Source: Eledone cirrhosa (lineage: Eukaryota). From it: a DNA stretch of 36,413 nt. Shown here one piece after another: positions 22,564 to 33,980 of the stretch. Each line of letters starts with the position of its first letter. Within the stretch, counting starts at the first letter, position 1. The stretch is from contig CAXHJY010001053.1 of the NCBI GenBank assembly GCA_964016885.1, positions 1 through 36,413 on the forward strand, in the 5' to 3' direction. Under the pieces are notes generated by a model. That model did not search any database, was not told the origin of the DNA, and saw only the letters and a list, made by a program, of their open reading frames with translations. Position numbers and translations under genes: made by a program.

Positions 22564-23200
22564 GAGGATTTTCTGCCCTTCAGTTAAGGTTTGACTGTTA
22601 TCATGCTATGGAACTATGGAAATGGTAACAGCTTACCCATTGGGCAGAAAATCATTATATTTACACTTTACTTTTTGTAAAGTATAGAATACTAAGTTGA
22701 ATAATGGTCTTACCAGTCATAAATAGTAGCATTATGCCTATATATATATATATAGATATATATGTTCGGAAAAGATTGTTTTGGTAAAAAGAGGAGTAAG
22801 CAGGAGAAAGCTCTCAACAATCGTAGTGTTTAGTTACGATGGAGAATTTTATAAAAATAACAAAATAAGATGCTGAGGTTAGATATATCATTTAATCATT
22901 ATAATTATTTCCATGGTTCTCCATGCAATCGAGATGTCCTTCATGAATTTGCTGTTGATTATGAGAACGGTATCCTCAAATGAAAATCCAATATGTTTGA
23001 TATGTTGCTGGCAGGAAAAAAGTCATCCTATTACTTGTTTGCCCAGCAATGTAATCTCAGCATCTTATTTTTGTTATTTTTATATATATATATATATATA
23101 AACAGAAATTTATGAAGGAATACACTTCACTTTGATTAAGGCATCTAACACAATATATCATATCTTCTCTGAATTTACGATATATTATTTCTATTTTATA
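22559..23200. other. Cluster of short (TA)n-separated fold-back modules (possible decayed Penelope-LTR or hammerhead remnants)
   Basis: Inverted arms 22567-22578/22642-22653 and 22851-22881/23052-23083. TA tracts at about 22527, 22740, 23081 and 23197. Confidence 0.45.
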
Positions 23201-23261
23201 TATATATATGAGTGTGTGTATATTTACATGCATATATACACACAGGTGGTAGCAGTGTCTT

Positions 23262-23612
23262 ATCCTTTATCATACTTAGTAAAACTTTAGACTTTGCTAG
23301 ATTTACTTTGAGGCGTTTTGATTCAAAATCTGGAACTTCCTTTCATTTTATTTATGAGGGCTATGTCAATTGCCTTATCTTCTCATTTCTCTACAAGTAA
23401 TATACTTATTCCTCATACCACATTGCTGCCCTGCCCCTACCTAGAAGGACTTGTATCTATGTTTCTTTCCCATGAGGTGTCTCACTGTGGCTTTTCCCCA
23501 TCTTACCTTTTGCACACAACACATCTACATGTCTTCTCACCAGCATTTCTGCAATTTCACCAGACATATCTTTCACAATATCAACGTTAATTCTTGCAAT
23601 TTGGAAGTTTTA
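23262..23612 (-). mobile_element. Internally deleted old RTE (endonuclease N-terminus joined to RT C-terminal piece)
   Basis: Minus strand: RINVDIVKDMSGEIAEMLVRRHVDVLC..VRWG..HLMGKKHRYK..ILLVEK, then ESKRLKVNLAKSKVLL at 23275-23325. Confidence 0.7.
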
Positions 23613-24020
23613 GGCTGGATATGAAGTCAAGTGCATAAGTGACTTAAACATCATTTGCACCTGAAAAAAAAAATGAAACTTGGCAATCGCGTAACAGAAG
23701 TTAGTGGGATCTTACACATTTAGAGTGAGATTTCCATTTAAAATCTACTGCTACCCCCTGTCAAAAGTGCATAACTGACCTTGGCAAGGAAAAGGTGAGA
23801 GAGAGAAAGCAAAAGAGAATGTGTACTTTATTTTCATGACAAGAGGTGAGAGGTGGTATTTCATTTTAGCCATAGGAATGGGAGATTAAGAACATTTCCT
23901 TTTCACAACAGGCTGTGAGAAGGGAAGGCTTGGTGGTGTGGCTCTTTGTATATTTTATAAACATCTATGAAATTGTAAATAATTGGTAGAATGTCTGCTA
24001 GTATATCTTATGAAAAGTCT

Positions 24021-24069
24021 AACCCATACTAGCGTGGAAAAATGAACGTAAAATGGTGATGATGATGAT
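24021..24069 (+). mobile_element. Isolated RTE-type tail
   Basis: AACCCATACTAGCGTGGAAAAATGAACGTAAAATGGTGATGATGATGAT followed by TA/CA repeats. Confidence 0.7.
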
Positions 24070-24107
24070 ATATATACACACACACACATACACACAGACA
24101 CACACAG

Positions 24108-24255
24108 AAGGTTGCAAACATTTTCTCCTTACCAAATTTCACTTAGTGTTAATCCAAAAGTATTGTAGAAAGGAACTTATCCAAAGTGCCATATATTGAG
24201 AGTAGACAACAGAGTGACACAAAGTGAAATTCTTAATTATACATTCATGTCTATT
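24108..24255 (-). mobile_element. Highly degenerate SINE head (CORE-like)
   Basis: TACCAAATTTCACT...GTAGAAAGGAACTTATCCAAAGTGCCA resembles the reverse complement of a tRNA-head + CCTTGGGCAAG block. Confidence 0.4.
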
Positions 24256-25015
24256 ATGTGAGAAGGTCATCTCAAAAAGTACATTTTTAGGAACTTATAA
24301 TTATAAAAACATTTCATCATATTACCACTTTAAAATTTTATACATTATCATAGCTGTTTCAGACTTTTGTCCATTCCAAATCTTATCTATTTTGAAATAA
24401 TTTGCTATGTCTAATCTTTGCATCATTATGAATTAGGATTGAAAATTATAATTTCAAACTCAATAAAAGATTACATCTTCAGTGAAAAGTTACTTGAACA
24501 TTCTTGGCATTCAGTTTTATAATTTTCACACATAGATCTTCAATTATACTGAAGTAGTGTATTTATTGCACCAAAGAGTTTTAGTAATAAATTAAGTTGA
24601 AACCTTTTATACTGATTGCTCTGCCATTTATTATTAAGCTTCTGCTTCAGACAATATCAAAATTCTGTTAAAAGCTGCCACCCAGAAAATAAGGTTCAAT
24701 AACTGGAGCTGAACATTTAAGTAATTTACTTATCCATTTTCACAATGGTGAATTTGTCTGCTAGTAGAAGACAAGAATCAAAGATATATCTTAACATTAC
24801 ATATTTTTGTCATTGTTGTCAAAACATAATATATCTTTAGTTATTGAAACAAATAGCTTTATTTCTATAACTTCTTCTTCACATGGCCCACTATTTGTAA
24901 GTAATCCAATATAAATTTTAATTTATATCATCTTTATTTAGTCATGTAACTTTATATAAGATTACAAAATACATTTTGTCTGAATTTCTGAAATGAAAAA
25001 CTATTATTATTTTTA

Positions 25016-25629
25016 GGCGGTGAATTGGCAGTATCGGTAGAGAGTCGGACGCCATGCTTTCCAGCATAGTTACCTCCCTTTACGGTCTGAGTTCAAATCC
25101 CACCGAGGTTAACTTTGCCTTTCATCCTTACGGGGTCGATAAAATAAAGTACCAGTAATGTACTGAGTAATTGCTGGCCTTGTGCCAAAAGTAGAAACAA
25201 TTATTATTAGGTGGATTGCCAGTATTGGTAGAGCGTTGGACACTATGGATTGTAGAATAGATTTATGGCCCTTTACATTCTGAGTTCAAAGCCTGTTGAG
25301 GTTAGCTTTGCCTTTCATCCTTATGGAGACTATAAAATAAAGCACCAGTAATGCACTGGGGTCAATTTAATCGACTTTCCCCTCCTCTTCAAATTGCTGG
25401 CTTTGTGCCTATTATAGAAACAATTCTTATACAGTGGATTGGCAGCATTGGTAGAGTATTAGACACCATGCTTAACGGCATAGAGTTACGTCCCTTCAAA
25501 TCCCACTGAGGTAAGCTTTGCCTTTCATCTTTATGGTGTCAATAAAATAATGCACAGGGGTCGATTTAATCATCTTTCTCCTCCCCACCAAATTGATGTC
25601 CTTGTGCCTAAATCAGAAATCATTATTAT
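25016..25629 (+). mobile_element. Head-to-tail trimer of SINE family 1
   Basis: Units at 25016-25209, 25210-25430 and 25432-25629. Each has an A-box head, GCCTTTCATC domain and TGTGCC..GAAA..ATT tail. Confidence 0.92.
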
Positions 25630-25904
25630 ACATTGATGTATTTAGAGTAATGTCCCCCATCCTGGTCATTACCAAATACATCTAGCACTTGAGCACAACC
25701 TAAACATTGCAACTAGAACAACTAAGATAAATATACTTCTTGAAATAAATAATCAAAATAAATCACATATTTAAAAGTAGATTATGTTTTTAACTGCTAA
25801 TATTAAGTTGTATTTTTTTCATATTATCTATTTTTCTGTGTTGGTCATTCTGATATTAAATAATGTATAGCCAAAAATAGTGAGCTTCTATTTAGAAGAT
25901 TTAT

Positions 25905-26087
25905 TTGATGGCGTGTAAGAAATATCAACCGAATCACCATCAAACTACTCCCTTTCTAAACAAAAAGAATACATTGAATAATGTAGTCTTAAATACTTTA
26001 TGTTAGGAACAATGAGATGGCCACTGCTGAAATGCATTTGATCATAGTTATGTTTGCTGGGGACTAACTAAGTGACAATAACAACAT
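25905..26087 (+). mobile_element. Family 3 interspersed repeat (degenerate)
   Basis: ACATTGAATAATGTAGTCTTAAATAC...GAGATGGCCACTGCTGAAATGCATTTGATCATAG...CAATAACAAC. Confidence 0.55.
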
Positions 26088-26495
26088 ATTCGATATTATG
26101 TTTTGATGAAATGTTTTTTTAAAGATCTAGAATAAATAAAATGCCACTTTAAAGGGAGTAAATATTCACAACCTACATTTGAAATCAAATGGCAGGTTCA
26201 GCATGCCTTGAGCTAAATTGTCATCTACAATGTGAGTAAGTATATTTATAGAAAATATGAGACAAGTTGATTAATGCAAAATTGTGAACTACATAACAAA
26301 GCTTTTTTTTATACAATCATCAATTCCAAAACTCATATTTCTGTGCCAGAAAAACTTAGTCATTGATTAAGGAATGAATTTAATACTCCAAGAGAAGCAT
26401 TCAATGTAATATTTTTAGGTTTAAATATCCTACAAGGTGTTAGTTCATTTGAGAAGTTTTTATTATTTTGTGATGCTTTGACATATTATGAATAT

Positions 26496-26504
26496 ATGTG
26501 TGTA

Positions 26505-26550
<46 letters not shown>
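26496..26550. repeat. (TG)n(TA)n microsatellite
   Basis: Directly visible. Confidence 0.95.
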
Positions 26551-26551
<1 letters not shown>

Positions 26552-27847
26552 CTTTTTAATCAATTCTCTTTATTGTTATTTGTAAGGGAACTAAAGATTG
26601 TCTCTCATATTCATTTCCCACAAATATTTTTTCCATTCTTACTACTAATATTTATTTTTTATTCTATTTCTATATTTGATCATAGCAAGTAGTAATATAT
26701 CAAACATGACAACTGTTTCAATATTTCTTACATACATATATATACATTACATGCATTACATATATATATATATAATTCTTATGAGCAGGGAAAATGGGTG
26801 TTAAGTTATGATGATGCTGATGATATTTATCTTTATGCAATATATAGTTTGTACGGATGAAATAAAAGTATAAATAAAAGAATGACAACTTCAGTAAGTC
26901 AGCCGAGGTTTAGGATATTAAAAAGATAAGATAAAATAGCAAAACAAACAGATTAATAACTTTTTCAGAAAATCAATTTCTTCTTTATATCTTATATGTT
27001 TTTCCTTTAAACTAAACTTTAAATTTTTCCTATTTTATATAGTCGCTTTGATATTGACTAATTTTCACCTCTACCTGCCATTTTTTTTTAGATATTTAAT
27101 TTTTCCAGAGAGAAATAAGTTGATACAATGTCAGTTTGTTTATACGTCTATAACAGTTTAAGCAAAGAGAATTAATTGTGTGGATTTTGAATTTGCATTT
27201 TATCCACATGACTTAAATCATATCTGCCAAGATTTAACCTTATAAGAAATCTCTTACATCAATGTTTTGGCAGTTGCATGATGGAAAATAAAACAAAACT
27301 AAAATATACAATACAACCGATTTAATTCCCCATCATTGATGCTATATGGTAAATATAAATAAAAGGTTAAATAAACAAGTAAATATATATAGAAATAAAT
27401 AACCTTTTCTCATTCATAAAATTTCATTTAACATTGTTAAATTATTATTGAAAATATTATATATTTTGTCATGAATGACATTATTGATGTTTTATAATGT
27501 GTATAATAATGAGAAATTATTGTTATACTTTTCCTTGGCATGCTGCCAATAAAAACACACACACCTGTTGGTTTTCACTTCAATTTATTACAAATTTCCA
27601 GATGGTTGTTTATTTATTGTCAAAGCTCTTTCATCACACATTATGTGACCTTCTCAGTGAATAATTTGTTATTTTGTGTCTCTCCTTTGTTGGTCATACA
27701 CCATTTGTTTTTGTGTCTTGTGAAAAAATTGTTTCTAATATAGGTCTTAAGGCAATATAGGAAATCATTAAAACGTTTTTCATATTCCCTATGATTCTAT
27801 AATTACATATCCATACAAAAAAAGTACAAAATTCTATATTTATTATA

Positions 27848-28028
27848 CTGTTGTTTAGAACAGGGCGGATTCTCATTAATTAGTCCTATGTTCCAGTCAT
27901 GACCATCCAATATTTATGGGGGTCACATTATTGAGTGCATCTTTTATATTTTTAAGCATGTAAGGTATGATTTGAGGGAGATTTGGCTCTTATTTCTAGT
28001 AATTTGGAGAGCCACATAGCGGTTCCCT
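27848..28028 (-). mobile_element. Family 3 interspersed repeat
   Basis: TGTTGTTTAG...CCAGTCATGACCATCC...GGTATGATTTGAGGGAGATTTGGCTCTTATTTCTAG...GGTTCCCT. Confidence 0.65.
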
Positions 28029-28871
28029 TTTGATTTGTGATCCTAGATAACTGCAGAACTGGAAGTCTTCACATTCCAATCACAGCTTTCCTGCAATTTA
28101 ATATTTCATCACTGGCTTCTTTTCTTAATAGTGTCAAATTTGCTGGTTTCTTCACAAAATAAATATTTTAGACAAATGTATACCTCTATAAAGGCTTTTG
28201 TCAATTCTTCAGAAATTTATATATGATATTTTTCTCTAGTAAATATTTGTCAGTTCATGTTATTAGAGCAGCCAGAATAGAAAACAAATTCACAATAAAG
28301 AGAAATAAATGTGAATATAGTTAAATGGTCAATATGATAGAATCAAAAAATGAAGAGATAACATATTTTACAATAAATGTAAACCAATGAATATTCATTT
28401 ATTCAGGGGTGGGGACAGTAAAGAGTTCAAATATGGACAGATATCAACTATAAAAAGACATATTTTCCAGAAGGTATTTCCAGTTTCGTATTTCTATGCT
28501 TTATATTAGTAGAGAAATTTGTTCAATTTTTGGCTACTAATTCCTTGGTGTGGTAATATGGATATTATAATCGCTTCAAACTAAACACTATCTAATGATC
28601 CAATCTAGCAATACCTCACATCTTTTCTTCACTCATGCTTTGTACATTTCTGTGATGTTCTACTTACAAACGAATTGATGTTTTCATTAAAGACCATTTG
28701 TTGTAATGAGCTAATGACTGAAGAGATATATAATCAATAAATAGAGCATTATATGAGTTGAAATAAAAAATGCACTTAGAGAAACACAAACACACACATG
28801 CACACACAAATACACAAATGCATTCATACAAACATGCTTTCTCCCACACACATAGCCATATATATATATAT

Positions 28872-30132
28872 ATAGCTGAATTTATGGCTGAACTAGAGAA
28901 GAAATTCCAAACATCGAAGCATGGCCTAGTATCAAAAGGCCTTAAAGTTAACTTGTCTAAGACTAAAGTTCTAGTATGGGAAATGGCCATGCTCAGTGTG
29001 TAGGAAAGGAGTAGGCAGAAATTCCATATTATGTCCCAAATGCAAACTATGGGTACATAAAAGATGTAGTGGGATCAAAGGTAAGCTATCTAAGAACGTA
29101 GATTTTATATGTGGCCAATGCTCAGGTGCAATAAGTAGCAAGTGCCCACAGGATACTAGCTCCTTCTATTGCCCAGATGGTTCTATAGAAATAGTGGACA
29201 CCTTCCATTACCTGGTTGACAAAATCAGCAGTGGTGGAGGGTGTTCTGAAAGTACAGTAGTCATAGTCAGAACGGGATGGAAAAAGTTCAGAGAGCTTAT
29301 ACCACTATTGGCCACTAAAGGTTTCTCCCTAAAAATGAATGAAAGGCAGATTGTATGATGCCTGCATACGAACAACAATGTTACATGGCAGTGAGACATG
29401 GGCTTTGTTTGCAGAGGGTAGGCACAGACTGGAGAGGAATGAAGCATCCATGCTCTGTTGGATGTGTAATAGTAATATATGTGAATGGCAAAGCATAAAT
29501 GAACTAAGTGAGAAATTAGGAATAAGAGGGATCAGATGCCGTTTACTCGAAAGAAGACTACGTTGGTATGGTCACGTGATGTGCATGAAAGACAACAGTT
29601 GTATAAAAAAGTTCAGGGCGATAAAAATTGACGGAAGTTATGGAGTAGGTAGACCCAGAAAAACCTGGGACGATTTGATAAATTCCGACCTTACACACTT
29701 ACACCTCTCTAAGACAATGTCACTGGACCGAGAGCTTTGGCACTACGCAGTAATACAGAAGACCTGCCTTGCCTATGTACAAAGCAAAACCTACAGTCAG
29801 TAGGCACCTCTTAACCAAATATATACCCCATCCCACTACCCCTACTCCACCACACCCCCCACTCCCACCAACACAAGCCTTTCTCTGTAAAGTTATGTTG
29901 GTACCACAACATACAGTCCAAAATAAATGTGGTCGTGTAGGTGTCACAACAAAAAAACACATAGTCCACGCTGTAGGTAACACGGTAAAAACCTCCCAGT
30001 CCACACTGTAAACGTGGTTGGTGTTAGGAAGGGCATCCAGCCGTAGAAAACCTGCCAGACAGTCCTATACGAGTGAGACATGGTCACCCGACCAATCTTG
30101 CCTCAAGTAGGACAATTCCCGTCTAAACCCAT
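28872..30132 (+). mobile_element. RTE subfamily B, 5'-truncated, tail lost
   Basis: ORFs 28996-29358 and 29339-29803 are highly similar to 2957-3769. About 33-bp deletion near 28977, ATGA duplication frameshift near 29337, 3' UTR to 30132, (TA)n on both sides. Confidence 0.95.
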
Positions 30133-30269
30133 ATATATATATATTTAGCAAAAGGAAATGTTGCGAAGTTGGTTTTGATTGTAGAGACAGAATGTTAAAC
30201 AGTTGTAGTGATGGAAGGAATTGGTTTATGTTTGTTGTTGGAAGGAATTGGCAGAGGTTGTCTTAGTTT

Positions 30270-30400
30270 GTATTGTTGGCTTGCTGGGGGATTATGAAGA
30301 AACAATTTGTCCCATATTAAAGTGGTGTGAAATGATGTTGAATGAACAAATGAAACATGATCGCTACTTAAAGAATATTTATTATGAAAATTGCTTACAT
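30270..30400 (+). mobile_element. Possible very old R4/Dong-like zinc-knuckle fragment
   Basis: GDYEETICPILKWCEMM..MKHDRYLKNIYYENC loosely matches the pattern C..ETI.HI.SGC..LA..EY..RHD...IHW.LC. Confidence 0.3.
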
Positions 30401-31039
30401 CAAAGCTACTGTTGATAAAACAGGAAAACAATAAAAAACGAAATGAATTGTGTGTTTTTCTGTGGTTGGTGTGAGTGAATGTAGTAGTAGTCTGACCAGA
30501 TGCATTGAACTAACCTTTACCTTACTGGAACTATATTTTATGTATGGCTTGTCTCTATTATATAAAAATGCAACAAGTTGAAAAACAGTTACAAAATGGT
30601 GGAGAGAGCTTAATTACGAATAAAACATCAACTATAAATCAAAAGGGGTGAGGGAGAAAAAAAAACAATGAATACCAATGTATGTAACATTTATTGTTGA
30701 TATATTATAAATGTTCACATTATGAAAACACTTATGTTAAAGATGAATTAAAAGATAAAACAATCACAAACAAATACTACAAATAAACACTATAATTCTA
30801 CAGTTAATGAAATATGGTACGCACTTTTCTTAAATTCAAAGTGCGTACAATCGTATTTGTATTCGTGCGACAACATAAATATATGGAAACAAAAAAATAA
30901 ATAAATGGACATGAGAGGAACATGTTTCTATTCTTTCTGTATATTTCATGGCAGCAATGTACCCTTAAAATGACAACACAACAGTATACACATAAAATAA
31001 GGGAGAAAAAAATGAATACTTAATTAAGTTGAACATAGC

Positions 31040-31633
31040 AAGTAACTGCAGAATAAGTGATGGTAGGGAAGAAACAATTAATCACATGGTCTTTAGCTGT
31101 TCAGTCTTCCCTACGAAATACTGTATCTACAAACATGATTGACTTAGGATTTACATAGACTGGAAGTTATGCCAACACTATGAAATACCAATAGAAAAAA
31201 GAGTGATACGAATATACTCCAGAAAAGGTATCAGAGAATGATGAAGCAACCATACTTTCCGATATGCCAATACACAAAGAAAAACTTGTCTTCTAATTGA
31301 CATCTCCACAGGTGAGAAAATATCAAGGAAATGAAGAAATTATCCAAATATAAAGACATGTAGATAGAAATAAGCCGAACGTGGATGATGAAAACAGAAA
31401 CAATCCCTATCATAATAGGTGCTCTGGGAGTGATAAAAAAAGAAACACCTCCTAAACTTACATATATATATATATTGCATATAGAAAATAGCACTATTAG
31501 GTATTGCACACACATTATGAAGAGTACTCACAATACAATAAAAACAACACTGTACATAGTCAGAGCTGTGCTTGGTAATGCAGTAAAAACATGCAATAAA
31601 TAAGACTAATAAAAGTGATAATAATAATAATAA
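31040..31633 (+). mobile_element. R4/Dong-clade LINE 3' fragment (zinc knuckle + restriction-like endonuclease) ending in (TAA)n
   Basis: Hand translation NCRI..GREETINHMV.SC...KHD....IDWKLCQHY...TPEKVSENDEATIL.DMPIH / LIDIS / KLSKYKD..IEISRTWMMKTETIPIIIGALGVIKK / KIALLG.AH.L. Stops and deletions present. Confidence 0.8.
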
Positions 31634-31810
31634 TTGTTTATACTTTTGGCACAAGGCCAGCAATTATTCCAGTGCATTACTGGTACTTTATTTTATTGAC
31701 CCCATAAGGATGAAAGGCAACGTTAACCTCGGCGGGATTTGAACTCATATCATAAAGGGACGTAACTACGCTAGAAAGCATGGCGTCCGACCCTCTACCG
31801 ATACTGCCAA
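31630..31810 (-). mobile_element. tRNA-derived SINE family 1, near full length
   Basis: Near-identical to 7771-7950; (AAT)n on both sides. Confidence 0.9.
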
Positions 31811-32280
31811 ATAATAATAATAATAATGATTTCTTTTATCATTACTACAAGAGCAATTGAAGAAGGGACCTTAAAGGGACAGGTTAGTAAACTTAATAAT
31901 AATAGTGTAAACATCATTTCAAGCTCTTCATGTATTTGTGGTTTCTGTTCCTGCTTCTTGTATAAAACAATCTTCATAAATTTGTAGTGTTTTCAAGTGT
32001 TGTTTAATTAAATGTCAAACAGAAAACTATCTTTAATCTGTATTCATCATTAGATAGCTTTATATGCTATGTTTATTTTATGATCAAAGGGAATATTTTC
32101 TCTTCTTAACATTTACAACAAAAGCAGTGCCTGTTGATGTATCTATATATGTTTTATTTTGCTTTATTTAAGTATTTCTATAGAGCTGAATCTCATACTT
32201 TCTGTTTGTAGTAGATGTAATTCTGATTTCCAGTACATTCGCTCAATGTAACAGCTGCTTCACTTTTATCCTTACCCTTC

Positions 32281-32505
32281 ATCATAATTATCATTTTATA
32301 TTCATCTTCTATTTTAACATGGGATAGATGGGTGATCAATTCTTATTTCAAGTCTCTGCCAACCTAAATGAGTCAGAAAACCATGTCTCACTCAGGTTTC
32401 TTTAGTGATATGGTGTCTATAGTTGTATGCGTTTCCAAACACTAATCAGAATGTACTGGTTTGGGTACATTTTATCATGCCAACAGCACTACCATAGTTG
32501 TCATG
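32281..32505 (-). mobile_element. Old RTE-tailed SINE fragment
   Basis: Degenerate ATC tail, CATGGG..GATGG, TCTATAGTTGTATGC.TTTCC.AACAC and GGGTACATTTTATCATGCCA, collinear with 18457-18612. Confidence 0.5.
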
Positions 32506-32776
32506 CCATTGAAAAGATTATAGTATTCTCTATATCCTATATTGACTCTATTCAGTAGCCAGATTCTTTATAGTGTACTGTACTTTATCCTGGCGTTAAC
32601 ATTAGAGAGGTTACCTTGTCACATGTAAGACTAAGAGGTCCTTATATTTATCAATATTACTAATACTCAACATTATGTAGGTGTATAATCAATTAGTTCA
32701 ACTCAATATTTTACTGATTTATTTAAGTGATTCCCTGAAGTGAGGAAAATTGAAATCTAACACAAGTAGTATTTAA

Positions 32777-33008
32777 CCCTTTTGATACCACCCTCTTTGA
32801 GATTGCTTCTTATTTTATGATATAAAGCCACCTGTTTTAATGTTTTCATATTTGCATCATAAACCTTGGCTAATTTATGTTTCAAATGCCAGGTTAATGA
32901 TGAAAAGAAAGTTATTTCATTAAACCCCACAACTTCTTGCTTATTAATTGAAAAATTAATTGAAACACACAGGCAGTGTATTTCATTTGAAATATGATCA
33001 GGAAAACA
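32777..33008. mobile_element. Possible degenerate TTAA-type MITE
   Basis: Left end TTAACCCTTTTGATACC; right end GATCAGGAAAACATTAA is only partly complementary. Confidence 0.35.
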
Positions 33009-33156
33009 TTAAATTGGAATATTGAGGAATGAAGGTAAATTTATTGTTATTGATAATTTATCAGCAACAGCATCCTCATCATTATTACCATAATAATGAT
33101 AGTATTAATAATAATAATAATGAAACTTAATATAAAAGAAATCATTATTATTGTAC

Positions 33157-33369
33157 ATTGGCAGGATCATTAGAGCATCAGACAAAATGCTTTGAAGCAA
33201 TTTGTTATGGCTCTTTACTTTCTGTGTTCAAATCCCACCTAGGTCAACTTTACCTTTCATCCTTCCAGTGTTGATAATATAACATACCATTCAAATATTG
33301 CAGTCAATTTAATCACCTTTCCCTCTCACACTTAACATTGCTGGATTTGTGTCTAAATTAGAAACCATT
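33157..33369 (+). mobile_element. SINE family 1, older long variant
   Basis: TGGCAGGATCATTAGAGC, GTTCAAATCCC, GTCAACTTTACCTTTCATCC...TTGTGTCTAAATTAGAAACCATT. A further partial copy lies at 33606-33724. Confidence 0.8.
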
Positions 33370-33980
33370 TTAATGGTTTGCACAGTAAATAGGATGATTA
33401 TAGTATCTTTTTTCTCTCGAATCTCAGTAAGGACAATAAACAGATAGTACTTTTGAGCATATATGTGCAGTGCCCGACAGGGCAGGCATCTAAATGAAAA
33501 CAATTTGTTTTGAGGTGTAGTTGCTCAATATACCTTCTCACTTTAGTGGTATTGAGCCCAAAGCTACTATAACAACTGCAATTATTTTGATGTTATCAGG
33601 TCTGCTGGGGTCAACTTTACATGTCATCCTTCCAGAATTGATAAAATAAAGTTCCAGTCGAATATTGGGGTTCATACAATTCCTTAGAATTTCTTGCCTT
33701 GTACCTAAATTAGAAAACATTAGTATTTTTTCTCTTACTTATGTTGCATGTAATCTTCAAATGCCATCTAAGGTAAAGTAAGTTGTGGTTATAAAGAATT
33801 TATTTTAATTTTATTAATAATATTATTTTGTAGATTATGAGCAGGTTTTCAACTTCAGAGATTGCTTCACATTCCACTGTACACAGCACTTCTATAATTA
33901 TAGCAATTCTTTACATGTCAATATACTGTATCTGATATATGTAATTGATAGTAGAAGTGTCAGTGATGGGTACATTTTTC

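Noticed and set aside
25016-25629. CRISPR-like or regularly spaced array
   Set aside because: Eukaryotic context; the units are whole SINEs with no unique spacers.
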